In this document: positions 1 through 10,275 of the stretch, piece after piece
Layout of the letters: every line of letters starts with the position of its first letter
Numbering within the stretch: position 1 is the first letter of the stretch
Assembly: GCA_023440865.1 (NCBI GenBank)
Contig: JAEXRM010000045.1
Location: forward strand, 1,154 to 65,153
Source: Bacillota bacterium
Lineage (GTDB): Bacteria; Bacillota; Clostridia; DSM-8532
DNA length: 64,000 nt
Reading direction: 5' to 3'
The notes under the pieces: generated by a model
Seen by the model: only the letters and a program-made list of their open reading frames with translations
Database searches by the model: none
What the model was told of the DNA's origin: nothing
Program-made: the position numbers and the translations under genes

Positions 1-127
1 CCCATTGTGGATGAATCGTGTCATCTGTCTCGGCCGTTCCCGCGCTTGCGGGGGCGACCACGGCACGGATGCAGTCCCGCGAAGGGATCGTCCGACCTCA
101 TGATACCCGTGGCGCTGCGTGATTCCC

Positions 128-143
128 GTGATCCGCATCACAT
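128..143. promoter_or_regulatory. CRP/FNR-type palindromic site (CGTGA-N6-TCACA), copy 1 of a repeated 14-mer
   Basis: CGTGATCCGCATCACA was read directly. The core GTGATCCGCATCAC is identical to the copy at 2641-2654. Confidence 0.35.
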
Positions 144-266
144 TTCCGCGCGATGGCACGATGCCGCACGTCCCTGCCGCCGGGCAGGGATGTGCGTGCG
201 CACGGCTTCCTCCCATACAGGATGACACAGGTGTTCCGTCATTCTGCCGGTTTTCCCGCCCACCCG

Positions 267-1698
<1,432 letters not shown>

Positions 1699-1811
1699 GC
1701 CGGATGCCGCTGGAAGAGGCCATGGCGTCATGTTTCACAGAGGGGGACTTCCCATAGAAGGGAGTCCCCCTTTTCACACCCTGGCCGTCACCCTGGAAGG
1801 CGCCTGCGTCG

Positions 1812-2546
1812 TCATGCGCCGAAATCCGACCGCGCGAACAGGACGTTGTTTTCCAGGTGGATGTGCCGGAACAGGTCGCCCTCCATTTCATGAAGGGCCT
1901 CATACAGACGTCGCCAGGTGGGACAGGCATCCACCGGCACCCGGTAGTCGCCGCTGAGATCGTTCATCCGGTGCAGCAGCTCCCCTGCCGCCTCGTGCTC
2001 CGCCCGCAGCTCCGCCACGACCTGACGGGTGGAAACGCGGTCGAAGTCCGTGACCCCGCAGACGGGGAAGAGGAGGGTCTCCTCCTTGATCAGGTGCTGC
2101 TCCAGCTCGCCGCGCAGCCGGCCGAACAGCACATGCAGGCGGAAAAGCTCCGGATGCCTCGCACCATGTGCCTTCAGGACTGTCTCGGACAGCGTTCCGA
2201 TAGAGGGCAGCGCCTCGTGCATGTATGCATGGTGCGTCCGGTCGATGTAATCTGCCAGTTCCGCGTCGCCCAGTGTCGCCGGGGCGGCGTCCGACGGTGT
2301 GCGCCCTGCCGCTTCCCGCAGCGCATCCAGTGCGTCGTCGAGGACATCCGCCGTCCTTCCCTGGTCGGCAAGGACGTCGGACAGCAGGCGGTGTCCGCCG
2401 CAGCAGAAATCGATGTGTTCCAGCCGGAACAGGTTGCCGGCTGCGGGCAGTTCGGCCACGATGCCGCCGACCGTGTGCACGCTCCATTGGGCTTGGCTTG
2501 CTTCAGGGGCGTTTCCGCCCCGTGCCGTCCGTGTTTGTTCGTTCAT
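1812..2546 (-). CDS. ric: Iron-sulfur cluster repair di-iron protein (RIC/ScdA/YtfE family, hemerythrin-like)
   Basis: The N-terminal ScdA_N-like motif DFCCGGHRLL is followed by His/Glu-rich hemerythrin-type helices (HHAYMHE, EEHL, EHEAAGE, HIHLENN). The start at MNEQ (2546) is preceded by GGGAGGG. Confidence 0.85.
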   Translation of the reverse strand: MNEQTRTARGGNAPEASQAQWSVHTVGGIVAELPAAGNLFRLEHIDFCCGGHRLLSDVLADQGRTADVLDDALDALREAAGRTPSDAAPATLGDAELADYIDRTHHAYMHEALPSIGTLSETVLKAHGARHPELFRLHVLFGRLRGELEQHLIKEETLLFPVCGVTDFDRVSTRQVVAELRAEHEAAGELLHRMNDLSGDYRVPVDACPTWRRLYEALHEMEGDLFRHIHLENNVLFARSDFGA

Positions 2547-2639
2547 GGTTTTCCCTCCCCTGGCAGCCGGCCTGCGTCTGGCGATCCGCCTGCAGTGACT
2601 GCCCTCACCCTGATTGTAGCGGGAGGGAGAGCTTCGGGA

Positions 2640-2655
2640 TGTGATCCGCATCACG
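2640..2655. promoter_or_regulatory. CRP/FNR-type operator candidate (TGTGA-N6-TCACG) upstream of ric
   Basis: TGTGATCCGCATCACG lies about 95 nt upstream of the ric start, in the gap between the Fnr-like regulator gene and ric. It matches 9 of 10 positions of the TGTGA-N6-TCACA class consensus. Confidence 0.45.
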
Positions 2656-2744
2656 TTTTCGGATCCGCGAGCCGCTTTGCGGGCTCGTTCCTGCGAAGCG
2701 GATCCGCTGTCGTGGCCGCGGCGCGTTGCAGATGGGTGCCTCGC

Positions 2745-3476
2745 TCAGTCGGATCCGGCATCCAGCGCCATCGCGGCGATTGTCTCCGGTGCCAGCAGCA
2801 GCATGCGGCGGCCGTCCAGCGAGCGCAGCAGTCCGTTGTCCTCGAACTGTCCGAGCTTGCGGCTGACCGTCTCGCGGGCCATGCCGACATAGCTTGCAAG
2901 CCCTTCCCGGCTCAGCGGCATGCGGATCAGGATGCCCTCCGGGTGCGGTTGACCATATGATGCCGCAAACTCCGAAAGCACGGCGGCCAGCCGCGCTTCC
3001 GCGCGCCGCGCGCCCATGCCGAGCAGGGCGTTTTCCAGACGGCCGAGCCGCCGTTCCAATTCGCCGATGACATTCAGGGCGATGTCCGGATTCTCCCGGA
3101 GCAGCGTGCCGAACGCCTCGCGGGAAAGCAGGCACAGCCGCACCGGCTCCAGTGCGACCAGCGTCCACGCCGCCGGCTGCTGTGTCAAGAGCTGTCGTTC
3201 GCCAAAGAAATCGCCTTCTGAAAAAAGGTAGAGGATCTGTTCGCGGCCATCGGCTCCGGTGCGGACAGCCTTGGCGCTTCCCGCGTTGAAAATGGCCACA
3301 TAATCGGCGGCATGGCCTTCCATGCAGATGGTTTCCCCCCGGTTCCAACGCCGATGCGCGGTCAGATCGGAGATGCGCTTGAGCTGTGCGTGGGTGAGGT
3401 TGGCAAAGATCGGGATGGAGCGCGTGCACAGCTTCTGGAGGCATTGGCTGCAGTTGCGGCCACAGGCTGGTTCCAT
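2745..3476 (-). CDS. Crp/Fnr family transcriptional regulator with N-terminal Cys cluster
   Basis: It has a cNMP-binding-like beta-roll (GDFFGERQLL) and a C-terminal HTH (SREGLASYVGMARETVSRKL). The N-terminus is MEPACGRNCSQCLQKLC, with four Cys. The start at 3476 has RBS AAGGAGA. Confidence 0.88.
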   Translation of the reverse strand: MEPACGRNCSQCLQKLCTRSIPIFANLTHAQLKRISDLTAHRRWNRGETICMEGHAADYVAIFNAGSAKAVRTGADGREQILYLFSEGDFFGERQLLTQQPAAWTLVALEPVRLCLLSREAFGTLLRENPDIALNVIGELERRLGRLENALLGMGARRAEARLAAVLSEFAASYGQPHPEGILIRMPLSREGLASYVGMARETVSRKLGQFEDNGLLRSLDGRRMLLLAPETIAAMALDAGSD

Positions 3477-3766
3477 GTCGGGTCTCCTTTCCCGTGCGTA
3501 TGGCGCCGCAATGGCGGAAGGCGCCGTCCCTTCCATCATATCATGCCGCTCGATCCATAGGCCCCGCCCATTCGGACGGCCACCTGCGTCGCCGGCGAGG
3601 GCCCGTCGTGGTCGGGTGCCGTTGTTTCACCAGCCTGCGGAAGGGTAACCGTAAGAAAGGGCGTTAGCCCCGATTCGTGCTGACCTGCAATGACCCAGGG
3701 GCATTCCGGGGAATGCCCCGCGTGAACCGCGTCAGGTGCCGCCTGCCCGCGGTAGGGGAGGTATCC

Positions 3767-5413
3767 ATGGCCAAGAAGACCCACGCTGCCTACTTCTGCA
3801 TGGAATACGCATTGGACAACCGCCTGCGCACCTATGCCGGCGGCCTGGGCATCCTGGCCGGCGACTACCTCAAGGGGGCGGCCGACTACCGTACGGGACT
3901 CGTCGGCATCGGTATCCGCTGGAAGCAGGGATATGGCGAACAGGCACTCGATCCGACGACCGGCTACCCGTTCGACGTATACCGCGCCAATCCCGCCATC
4001 GGCATGGAGGACACGGGCATCCGGGTCACCGTGCCGATCAAGGGGCGCGATGTCTCCATCATGGCCTGGAAGGTCACGGATTTCGGCGTCGACAACCTCT
4101 ATCTGCTCGATACCGACATCGACGGCAATGACGGCGAGGCGCGCTGGATCACCGGCCAGCTGTACGGCTGGTTCGGCGAGGAACGGGTGGCGCAGGAGAT
4201 GGTGCTCGGCATCGGCGGTGTGCGGGTGCTGCGCGCACTCGGCCTCCATCCCGATGTCTATCACTTCAACGAGGGGCACGCCCTCCTGGCGGGGTTCGAG
4301 CTGATCCGCGAGAAGATGGAAAAGGGATCCCCCTTCGAGGCCGCACGTGACAAGACGCGCCAGCAGATCGTCTTCACGACGCATACGCCGGTCATCGAGG
4401 GCAACGAGTCCCATCCGCTCGACCGCCTGGTTTACATGGGTGCGAATCTTGGCTTGACCAAGACCCAGCTCAAGACCATCGGCGGAAGCCCGTTCAACAT
4501 GACGGTCGGCGCACTGCGGCTGTCGCGCATCGCGAACGCGGTTGCCGCACTGCATGCCGAGACCGCGAACAGGATGTGGGCCGGTGTGAAGGACCGGTGT
4601 GACATCATCGGCATCACGAACGCCATCCATATCCCCACCTGGGTGGATCGGGAGATGCTGGCGCTCGGCGCCGCATACGACGGCAGTCCGGCAGCGGCGG
4701 CCGCGCTATGGGACCGGCACATGGCCAACAAGAAGAAACTGGTGAAGTTTGTCAAGGAACGCACCGGCGTCAAGCTGAACGCCGACAAGCTGCTCATCGG
4801 CTTCTCACGCCGCGCGGTCCCCTACAAGCGTTCCAACTTCCTGTTCTCGGACCGCAAGTTCATCGGTCCGCTCCTGCGCCGTGGCGAGGTGCAGATCGTC
4901 TTTTCCGGCAAGGCGCATCCGTTCGACGACAACGGAAAGCAGATCGTGGCCGAGCTGGTCGCCATGCAGAAGCTGTATCCCGGATCGGTGGTGTTTCTCG
5001 AGAATTACGACATGGAAATCGGCGCGATGCTCACCCGCGGCGCCGACGTGTGGTTGAACAACCCGCGCCGCCCGAAGGAGGCATCCGGCACGTCCGGCAT
5101 GAAGGCGGCGATGAACGGGGTGCTGAACCTGTCGATTCTTGACGGCTGGTGGCCGGAGGCCTGCATGCACGGCGTGAACGGCTGGCAATTCGGAGACGGC
5201 TTCGAATCGGAGGATGTCGAGGAGCTCGACCGTCACGATTACAAGGCGTTCCGCAAGGTGCTCCGGGACGAAGTGCTGCCGTGCTATTACAAGAACCGTG
5301 ACGGCTGGATCGGCATGATGGCCGCGTCGATCGGCAGCACGCGTGATGCATTCGGCATGAAGCGCATGCTCGACGAGTACGAGCAGAAGATGTACCATAT
5401 TGCCAAGGGGTGA
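3767..5413 (+). CDS. glgP: Alpha-glucan (glycogen/maltodextrin) phosphorylase, short GT35 form
   Basis: YFCMEYALDNRLRTYAGGLGILAGDYLK, the EASGTSGMKAAMNG PLP-Lys motif and HFNEGHA are present. The start at MAKK has RBS GGGGAGG. Confidence 0.9.
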   Translation: MAKKTHAAYFCMEYALDNRLRTYAGGLGILAGDYLKGAADYRTGLVGIGIRWKQGYGEQALDPTTGYPFDVYRANPAIGMEDTGIRVTVPIKGRDVSIMAWKVTDFGVDNLYLLDTDIDGNDGEARWITGQLYGWFGEERVAQEMVLGIGGVRVLRALGLHPDVYHFNEGHALLAGFELIREKMEKGSPFEAARDKTRQQIVFTTHTPVIEGNESHPLDRLVYMGANLGLTKTQLKTIGGSPFNMTVGALRLSRIANAVAALHAETANRMWAGVKDRCDIIGITNAIHIPTWVDREMLALGAAYDGSPAAAAALWDRHMANKKKLVKFVKERTGVKLNADKLLIGFSRRAVPYKRSNFLFSDRKFIGPLLRRGEVQIVFSGKAHPFDDNGKQIVAELVAMQKLYPGSVVFLENYDMEIGAMLTRGADVWLNNPRRPKEASGTSGMKAAMNGVLNLSILDGWWPEACMHGVNGWQFGDGFESEDVEELDRHDYKAFRKVLRDEVLPCYYKNRDGWIGMMAASIGSTRDAFGMKRMLDEYEQKMYHIAKG

Positions 5414-5557
5414 CACGCATACGATCCTCCCTTCCGGCGGATTCCCTCCGCCGAAACCGGCGGCATGCCATTGCGGCGTCATGTTGCCGCATGGCATGCC
5501 ACCGGGGTGAAGACACCGACGGCGGGGTCGAAAGATCCATCCAGACAAGGAGGGGAC

Positions 5558-5932
5558 ATGCAGACGGTCCTACTGGTCAACGACAGCCGGCTCGAGGCGC
5601 GCATTCTCTCGGATCAGTTCCAGTCGCTGGGGTACAATGTCACGATCTCCGATGAAATGCAGGCGCTGGAGGATGTCAAACGCCAGCATCCCGACTTCGT
5701 GGTGGTCAACTACATCATGAAGACCATGCGGGGTGATGCGCTCATCGGCATGATGAAGCTGCTGTGCCCCGACGCCGTATCCATCTTGACCTCGAGCAGC
5801 GACTTGTCGGTCGAGGCGTTCCGGCATCGACGCGTGGATGGACTGCTGCGGACGCCCGTCACCCGCGAGGAGCTTGCCCGGGGCATCCGGGAGGCGCGGG
5901 CGCATCAGCAGGCCGCCCGGCACCCCGCATGA
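5558..5932 (+). CDS. Stand-alone receiver (REC) domain protein, degenerate active site
   Basis: The CheY-like pattern is VLLVNDS...DFVVVNYIM...ILTSSS...LLRTPV. The RBS AAGGAGGGG precedes MQTV. Confidence 0.75.
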   Translation: MQTVLLVNDSRLEARILSDQFQSLGYNVTISDEMQALEDVKRQHPDFVVVNYIMKTMRGDALIGMMKLLCPDAVSILTSSSDLSVEAFRHRRVDGLLRTPVTREELARGIREARAHQQAARHPA

Positions 5933-5984
5933 AGCGGTGACGCCTTGCCCGGCCGTCATCGCGTGCGCCGGCAGCCCATGAAAC

Positions 5985-6020
5985 AAAGGAGAACCGACGC
6001 AGCCGCGCCGGTTCTCCTTT
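5985..6020. terminator. Hairpin between convergent genes (bidirectional terminator candidate)
   Basis: AAAGGAGAACCG (5985-5996) pairs with CGGTTCTCCTTT (6009-6020), flanked by an A-run and a T-run. Confidence 0.55.
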
Positions 6021-6066
6021 CGCTTCACCTGTGACAGCCTGGATGGCAGGCGCGGGTACGGGCCGT

Positions 6067-7170
6067 TCACACGGACAGGTCGACATGCTGAACGGTTCCC
6101 GCCGTGCCGTTTTCATGCAGGTAGACGCCGGATCGGGCAATTTGGCCGTTGACCTGCCCGTCCGCGCCCATGAGGCGGAACGGCGTGGTGACATTGCCCA
6201 GATAGATGGCCCCGACGCCTGCCTTGCCGAGCGCTTCGAGCTGCAGGTTGCCGTTGCCGTCCATCGACCAGATGCGCAGCTTGTCGAAAATGGCATCCTG
6301 CTCGTCGATCCAACCGTTCCGGTCGCCGTCGAAGGCCGACAGTTCCTCGAAGCCGTTGCCGCTTTGCGGACCGAACAGCTCGCTGCCATTGTCGATCCGG
6401 CCGTTCTCATTGCTGTCCAGGGCGAGAAAGCCGCTGCCCTCGCCGAGGAAGGCGATGGTTTCCTGTGTTCCGTCCGTATCCAGGTCGAACTTGAACGTGC
6501 GCTCGCCCAGTGTGGCGGCGGCACCCGAGAAGTTGATCGCGAGCGGGTCGATCAGCGCATCTCCCGCCTTGACGGACACGTGCGTCTCTGAAGCGAATTC
6601 GCGGCTCATGGCAAACTGGAGCGTGAAGTCGATGGTGCGGCCATCCGCGGTTTTCACCGATCCGCTGCTCGAAAAGGAAACCGCCTCGCGCTCGTACGAC
6701 GACTCGTGATACTGGTAATCGATGCCCCACCCGAGGCGCCGCGGCCCCGCGCCGGTTTGCATGGCCTGCTGCTGCACATCCTGTGCGGCCTGCGACTGTG
6801 CCTGTGTCACCTGTTTGGGCACCTGGATCTTGATCCGCTTGCCGGTGAGATAGTACACGAAATCCTCAATGAGGGTGATCTTGGCCATGTCCTTGTCCGA
6901 CAAGGCGAACGGCTCTTCCGCGCCCGTGACGGCTCCCTGCGGCGCGACAGCGGATGCGAGATCGGCATTGGTTTTGCGTGTCCACTCCTCCTTGAGCTTT
7001 TGGAATCCAAGCGAGGACAGCGCCATGCGGATGCTGCCGGGCAAGGCCCTGCCCGTCATCTGTTGTCCGGTTGGTCCGTCACGCCATTGACGCAACGATT
7101 CGGTGACACTGTTTTGCTTGATGTGCTCGGAACTGCCCCGCAGATTGACGGTGGATTGCGTGATCTTCAT
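6067..7170 (-). CDS. Hypothetical protein with C-terminal EF-hand/DxDxDG-type calcium-binding repeats
   Basis: The C-terminal third contains DLDTDGTQE, DSNENGRIDNGSELFG, DGDRNGWIDEQD and DGNGNLQ. The start at MKITQ (7170) is preceded by AAGGAGG. I see no N-terminal hydrophobic signal peptide. Confidence 0.7.
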   Translation of the reverse strand: MKITQSTVNLRGSSEHIKQNSVTESLRQWRDGPTGQQMTGRALPGSIRMALSSLGFQKLKEEWTRKTNADLASAVAPQGAVTGAEEPFALSDKDMAKITLIEDFVYYLTGKRIKIQVPKQVTQAQSQAAQDVQQQAMQTGAGPRRLGWGIDYQYHESSYEREAVSFSSSGSVKTADGRTIDFTLQFAMSREFASETHVSVKAGDALIDPLAINFSGAAATLGERTFKFDLDTDGTQETIAFLGEGSGFLALDSNENGRIDNGSELFGPQSGNGFEELSAFDGDRNGWIDEQDAIFDKLRIWSMDGNGNLQLEALGKAGVGAIYLGNVTTPFRLMGADGQVNGQIARSGVYLHENGTAGTVQHVDLSV

Positions 7171-7364
7171 GGAATGCCTCCTTGCAGCACGCCGGAACGG
7201 AAGGGATCGTCCTTGATGCCTCCATATTGGATATCGGCAGCATGGGGAAAAAATGAAGGGGATGCCGTGGAACGCGACCATTGGGGTGCACATGGCCGGA
7301 AGAAGCCCCGCATGCCGCTTTCCGTCGGCAGTCGGATGCGGTATGATGAAGAGACGGAGGAAAC

Positions 7365-7991
7365 ATGGAAGAAAGGAACTGGGAGCAATTCGAGGCGTCC
7401 TGCCGCGCCTGCAGGCGCTGCGGTCTGGCGGATACGCGCACACAGGTGGTCATCGGCCGCGGCACGGCGCTACCGGTTCCCCTCTTGCTGGTGGGTGAGG
7501 GGCCCGGCGAGCAGGAGGACCGGCAGGGACAGGCCTTCGTCGGCCGGGCGGGCAAGCTGCTCGATCTGGCGCTGACCGCGTTGCGGCTCACACCGGAGAT
7601 GTGGTACATCGCCAACATCGTGAAATGTCGTCCGCCCGGCAACCGCGAGCCGACCGACGAGGAGGCGGCGGCCTGCCTGCCATGGCTGCGCTGGCAGGTC
7701 CGCGCGCTGCGTCCCTCGGTGATCGTCTGTCTGGGGCGCACAGCGGCCAGGCATCTGATTGACCGCAACATCCGCATGACGTCGGCGCGTGGCAACTGGG
7801 TCCGGCGACAGGATTTCTGGCTGATGCCGACATGGCATCCGGCCGCCGTGCTGCGAGACGAGGGGAAGCGGACCGAATTCTTCCTCGATCTTGAGCAGGC
7901 GCGCATGAGGCTGGTCGAGTCGGGCCGCATGGCGGCACGGCCGAGTCCGCCAGACTCGCAGCCGGAAGGCAGGGAATACCCGGCGGATTGA
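7365..7991 (+). CDS. Uracil-DNA glycosylase, family 4 (Fe-S type)
   Basis: CRACRRCGL..., GEGPGEQEDRQGQAFVGRAGKLLD and NIVKCRPPGNREP are family-4 UDG motifs. Confidence 0.93.
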   Translation: MEERNWEQFEASCRACRRCGLADTRTQVVIGRGTALPVPLLLVGEGPGEQEDRQGQAFVGRAGKLLDLALTALRLTPEMWYIANIVKCRPPGNREPTDEEAAACLPWLRWQVRALRPSVIVCLGRTAARHLIDRNIRMTSARGNWVRRQDFWLMPTWHPAAVLRDEGKRTEFFLDLEQARMRLVESGRMAARPSPPDSQPEGREYPAD

Positions 7992-7992
7992 C

Positions 7993-8913
7993 TCACAACT
8001 CCAGAATCGTGATCTCGGGTCGTGCCCCGAGCCGCAGGGGAAAGAGGACGTTGCCGATGCCTCGCGTGAGATAGACGGGCATGCCGTTGACCTGATGGCC
8101 GCCACGCCGCACACCCGCCCGCCCGAGAGGTTCCTTGCGGAACAGCCGGAACTCCAGCCCGAAGGGCATCCAGATCTGCCCGCCATGGAAATGGCCGGCG
8201 ACTGCAAAATCCGCATATCCGTGCGGCAACTCGGCAATGCGTTGGGGATTGTGCGTGAATACCAGATGAAAGGCCTTTTCGGTACTGTCCGGCACGGATG
8301 GGCCGGGTGGCGGGGAGACGATCGGGGTGGCAGGCGGAACCTGTGTCCGGGTGTCATCATGCGCGCTGAACGGGGGAGCTGGGTGTCCGACAGGTCGAGA
8401 TGTGCCCGCATGCAGCCCCGATGCGGTGCCTCTCGGCTGGCGATAGTCGTCCAGCGCTGTCAGCAGCACCGTCCGGCCATCGGCCGTGAACGTGATCCGC
8501 TCATCGACGCACAGCCGGATGCCGGCGCCGGCGAGGGCATTCCGGTATGCCGGCAGCAGATCGGGATGGGCGGAGAAAAGCTTGTGGTCATGGTTGCCGA
8601 GCACAGCCATCGTCGGGATGCCCCGGGTGCAGGTTCCCAGCCAGGCGGCCGACTGGTCGATTTGCCGGGCATTGTCGGCCGCATCGCCCAGAAAGAGCAG
8701 CAGATCGACGTTTTCCGCAAGGACGGCCGCTCGGGCCCGTGTCGCCCGAACACGGCAATAGGCGGGATGAAGGTCTGAGATGACGGCAATCCGCAATCCC
8801 GGACCGCCTTGCACCGGAACACGGCATACCTCGAGCCAACCGGCTTCGAACCGCATCCAGGCGAGCAGGGCGATGAGCGGGAGCAGCAGCAGGAGCCAGG
8901 GTGTCATCAGCAT
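7993..8913 (-). CDS. Membrane-anchored metallophosphoesterase (calcineurin-like)
   Basis: An N-terminal TM segment (MLMTPWLLLLLPLIALLAW) is followed by ISDLH, GDAADN, GNHDH and GHFHGG metallophosphatase motifs. Only the last 306 codons of the 702-aa track ORF are used. Confidence 0.85.
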   Translation of the reverse strand: MLMTPWLLLLLPLIALLAWMRFEAGWLEVCRVPVQGGPGLRIAVISDLHPAYCRVRATRARAAVLAENVDLLLFLGDAADNARQIDQSAAWLGTCTRGIPTMAVLGNHDHKLFSAHPDLLPAYRNALAGAGIRLCVDERITFTADGRTVLLTALDDYRQPRGTASGLHAGTSRPVGHPAPPFSAHDDTRTQVPPATPIVSPPPGPSVPDSTEKAFHLVFTHNPQRIAELPHGYADFAVAGHFHGGQIWMPFGLEFRLFRKEPLGRAGVRRGGHQVNGMPVYLTRGIGNVLFPLRLGARPEITILEL

Positions 8914-9096
8914 TACCTCGGAGTTGGCGTGATGGCGCAATGACGGGCTTCGGCCCGCTCCACAAGCGTAGCACAGGAAACCTGAACCGGCAACGCGGAC
9001 ATCCCGCAAAGCGCAGGCCGCGGCATGTGTGGCGACGGCCGCCCGCGGGTAAGAAACAAGATGGAACGGGCAACAGGCCCCGACAAGGAGGACCCC

Positions 9097-10263
9097 ATGA
9101 AACGAGCCATCATCATCGTGCTGGACAGCGTCGGCGTCGGCGAGCTGCCGGACGCCGCCACATACGGGGATGAGGGCAGCAACACGCTCGGCAACATCGC
9201 CAAGGCGATTCCGGGCTTTTCGCTGCCGCATCTTGAGAAACTTGGACTCGGCGCCATTCCCGGCGCGGAGATGTTCGCGGTGCCATCCGTCCTGGCGGGC
9301 GCGCATGGCCGCAATCAGGAAAGATCCGTTGGAAAGGACACGACCACCGGCCACTGGGAGATGGCCGGCGTCACACTGTCCGAAGCATTTCCGACATATC
9401 CGGAAGGATTTCCTCCCGATGTGATCGCGGCCTTCGAGGCGGCGATCGGCACCCGCACGCTGGCCAACGAGGTCGCTTCGGGCACCGAGATCATCAACCG
9501 GCTGGGCGCGGAGCATGTCCGAACCGGTTTTCCCATCGTTTACACCTCGGCGGACAGCGTGTTCCAGATTGCCGCGCACGAGGAAGTCATACCGCTCGAA
9601 CGCCTGTATGGGATGTGTCGCATCGCCCGCGCCCAACTCACGGGTCCGCATGCGGTCGGGCGCGTGATCGCGCGGCCTTTCCTCGGCTCCGAGGGCGCCT
9701 TCAGGCGGACGTCGAACCGGCGCGACTTTGCCATCGATCCATTCCGCCCCACCGTTCTCGATCTGGTCAAGGCGACTGGTCAGCAGGTGCGGGCCGTCGG
9801 CAAGATCGAGGACATTTTCAACGGCAGGGGGATCACGCACGCGGTGCACACGCATGACAACATGGAGGGCGTCGACCGAACGCTCGCGTGGATGCGGGAA
9901 CCCTTTCCCGGGCTGCTGTTCACGAATCTCGTCGATTTCGACATGCAGTTCGGCCACCGCAATGACGTGCGCGGATACGCCAACGCACTCAAGGCTTTCG
10001 ACCGGCGCCTGCCGGAGATCCTGGCCGCCATGCTGCCGGATGACCTGCTGATCATCACCGGTGACCACGGGTGCGATCCGACAACGCCGTCGACCGACCA
10101 TTCGCGCGAGTACACCCCCCTGCTGGTCGCCGGGCGGGCGGTGAAGGATGGCGCGGACCTTGGCACCCGTTCGACCTTCGGTGACATCGCCGCGACGGTG
10201 GCCGACTGGCTTGGCGTCACGGGCGAGCTCGAAGGCGTTTCATTCCTGCCGTTGCTGGCGTGA
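9097..10263 (+). CDS. deoB: Phosphopentomutase
   Basis: [32 protein letters not shown] and GDHGCDPT motifs are present. The RBS is AAGGAGG. Confidence 0.95.
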   Translation: MKRAIIIVLDSVGVGELPDAATYGDEGSNTLGNIAKAIPGFSLPHLEKLGLGAIPGAEMFAVPSVLAGAHGRNQERSVGKDTTTGHWEMAGVTLSEAFPTYPEGFPPDVIAAFEAAIGTRTLANEVASGTEIINRLGAEHVRTGFPIVYTSADSVFQIAAHEEVIPLERLYGMCRIARAQLTGPHAVGRVIARPFLGSEGAFRRTSNRRDFAIDPFRPTVLDLVKATGQQVRAVGKIEDIFNGRGITHAVHTHDNMEGVDRTLAWMREPFPGLLFTNLVDFDMQFGHRNDVRGYANALKAFDRRLPEILAAMLPDDLLIITGDHGCDPTTPSTDHSREYTPLLVAGRAVKDGADLGTRSTFGDIAATVADWLGVTGELEGVSFLPLLA

Positions 10264-10275
10264 GGAGAGTTGCAC

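Noticed and set aside
1-266. A possible gene end or start at the left border.
   Set aside because: I translated all six frames by hand. None gives a protein-like sequence or a recognisable C-terminus, so the region is left unannotated.
7993-10101. A 702-aa minus-strand ORF taken at face value.
   Set aside because: Only the last 306 codons (7993-8913) form a coherent metallophosphoesterase with its own RBS and TM start. The upstream 400 codons are antisense to deoB, whose plus-strand reading is unambiguous.
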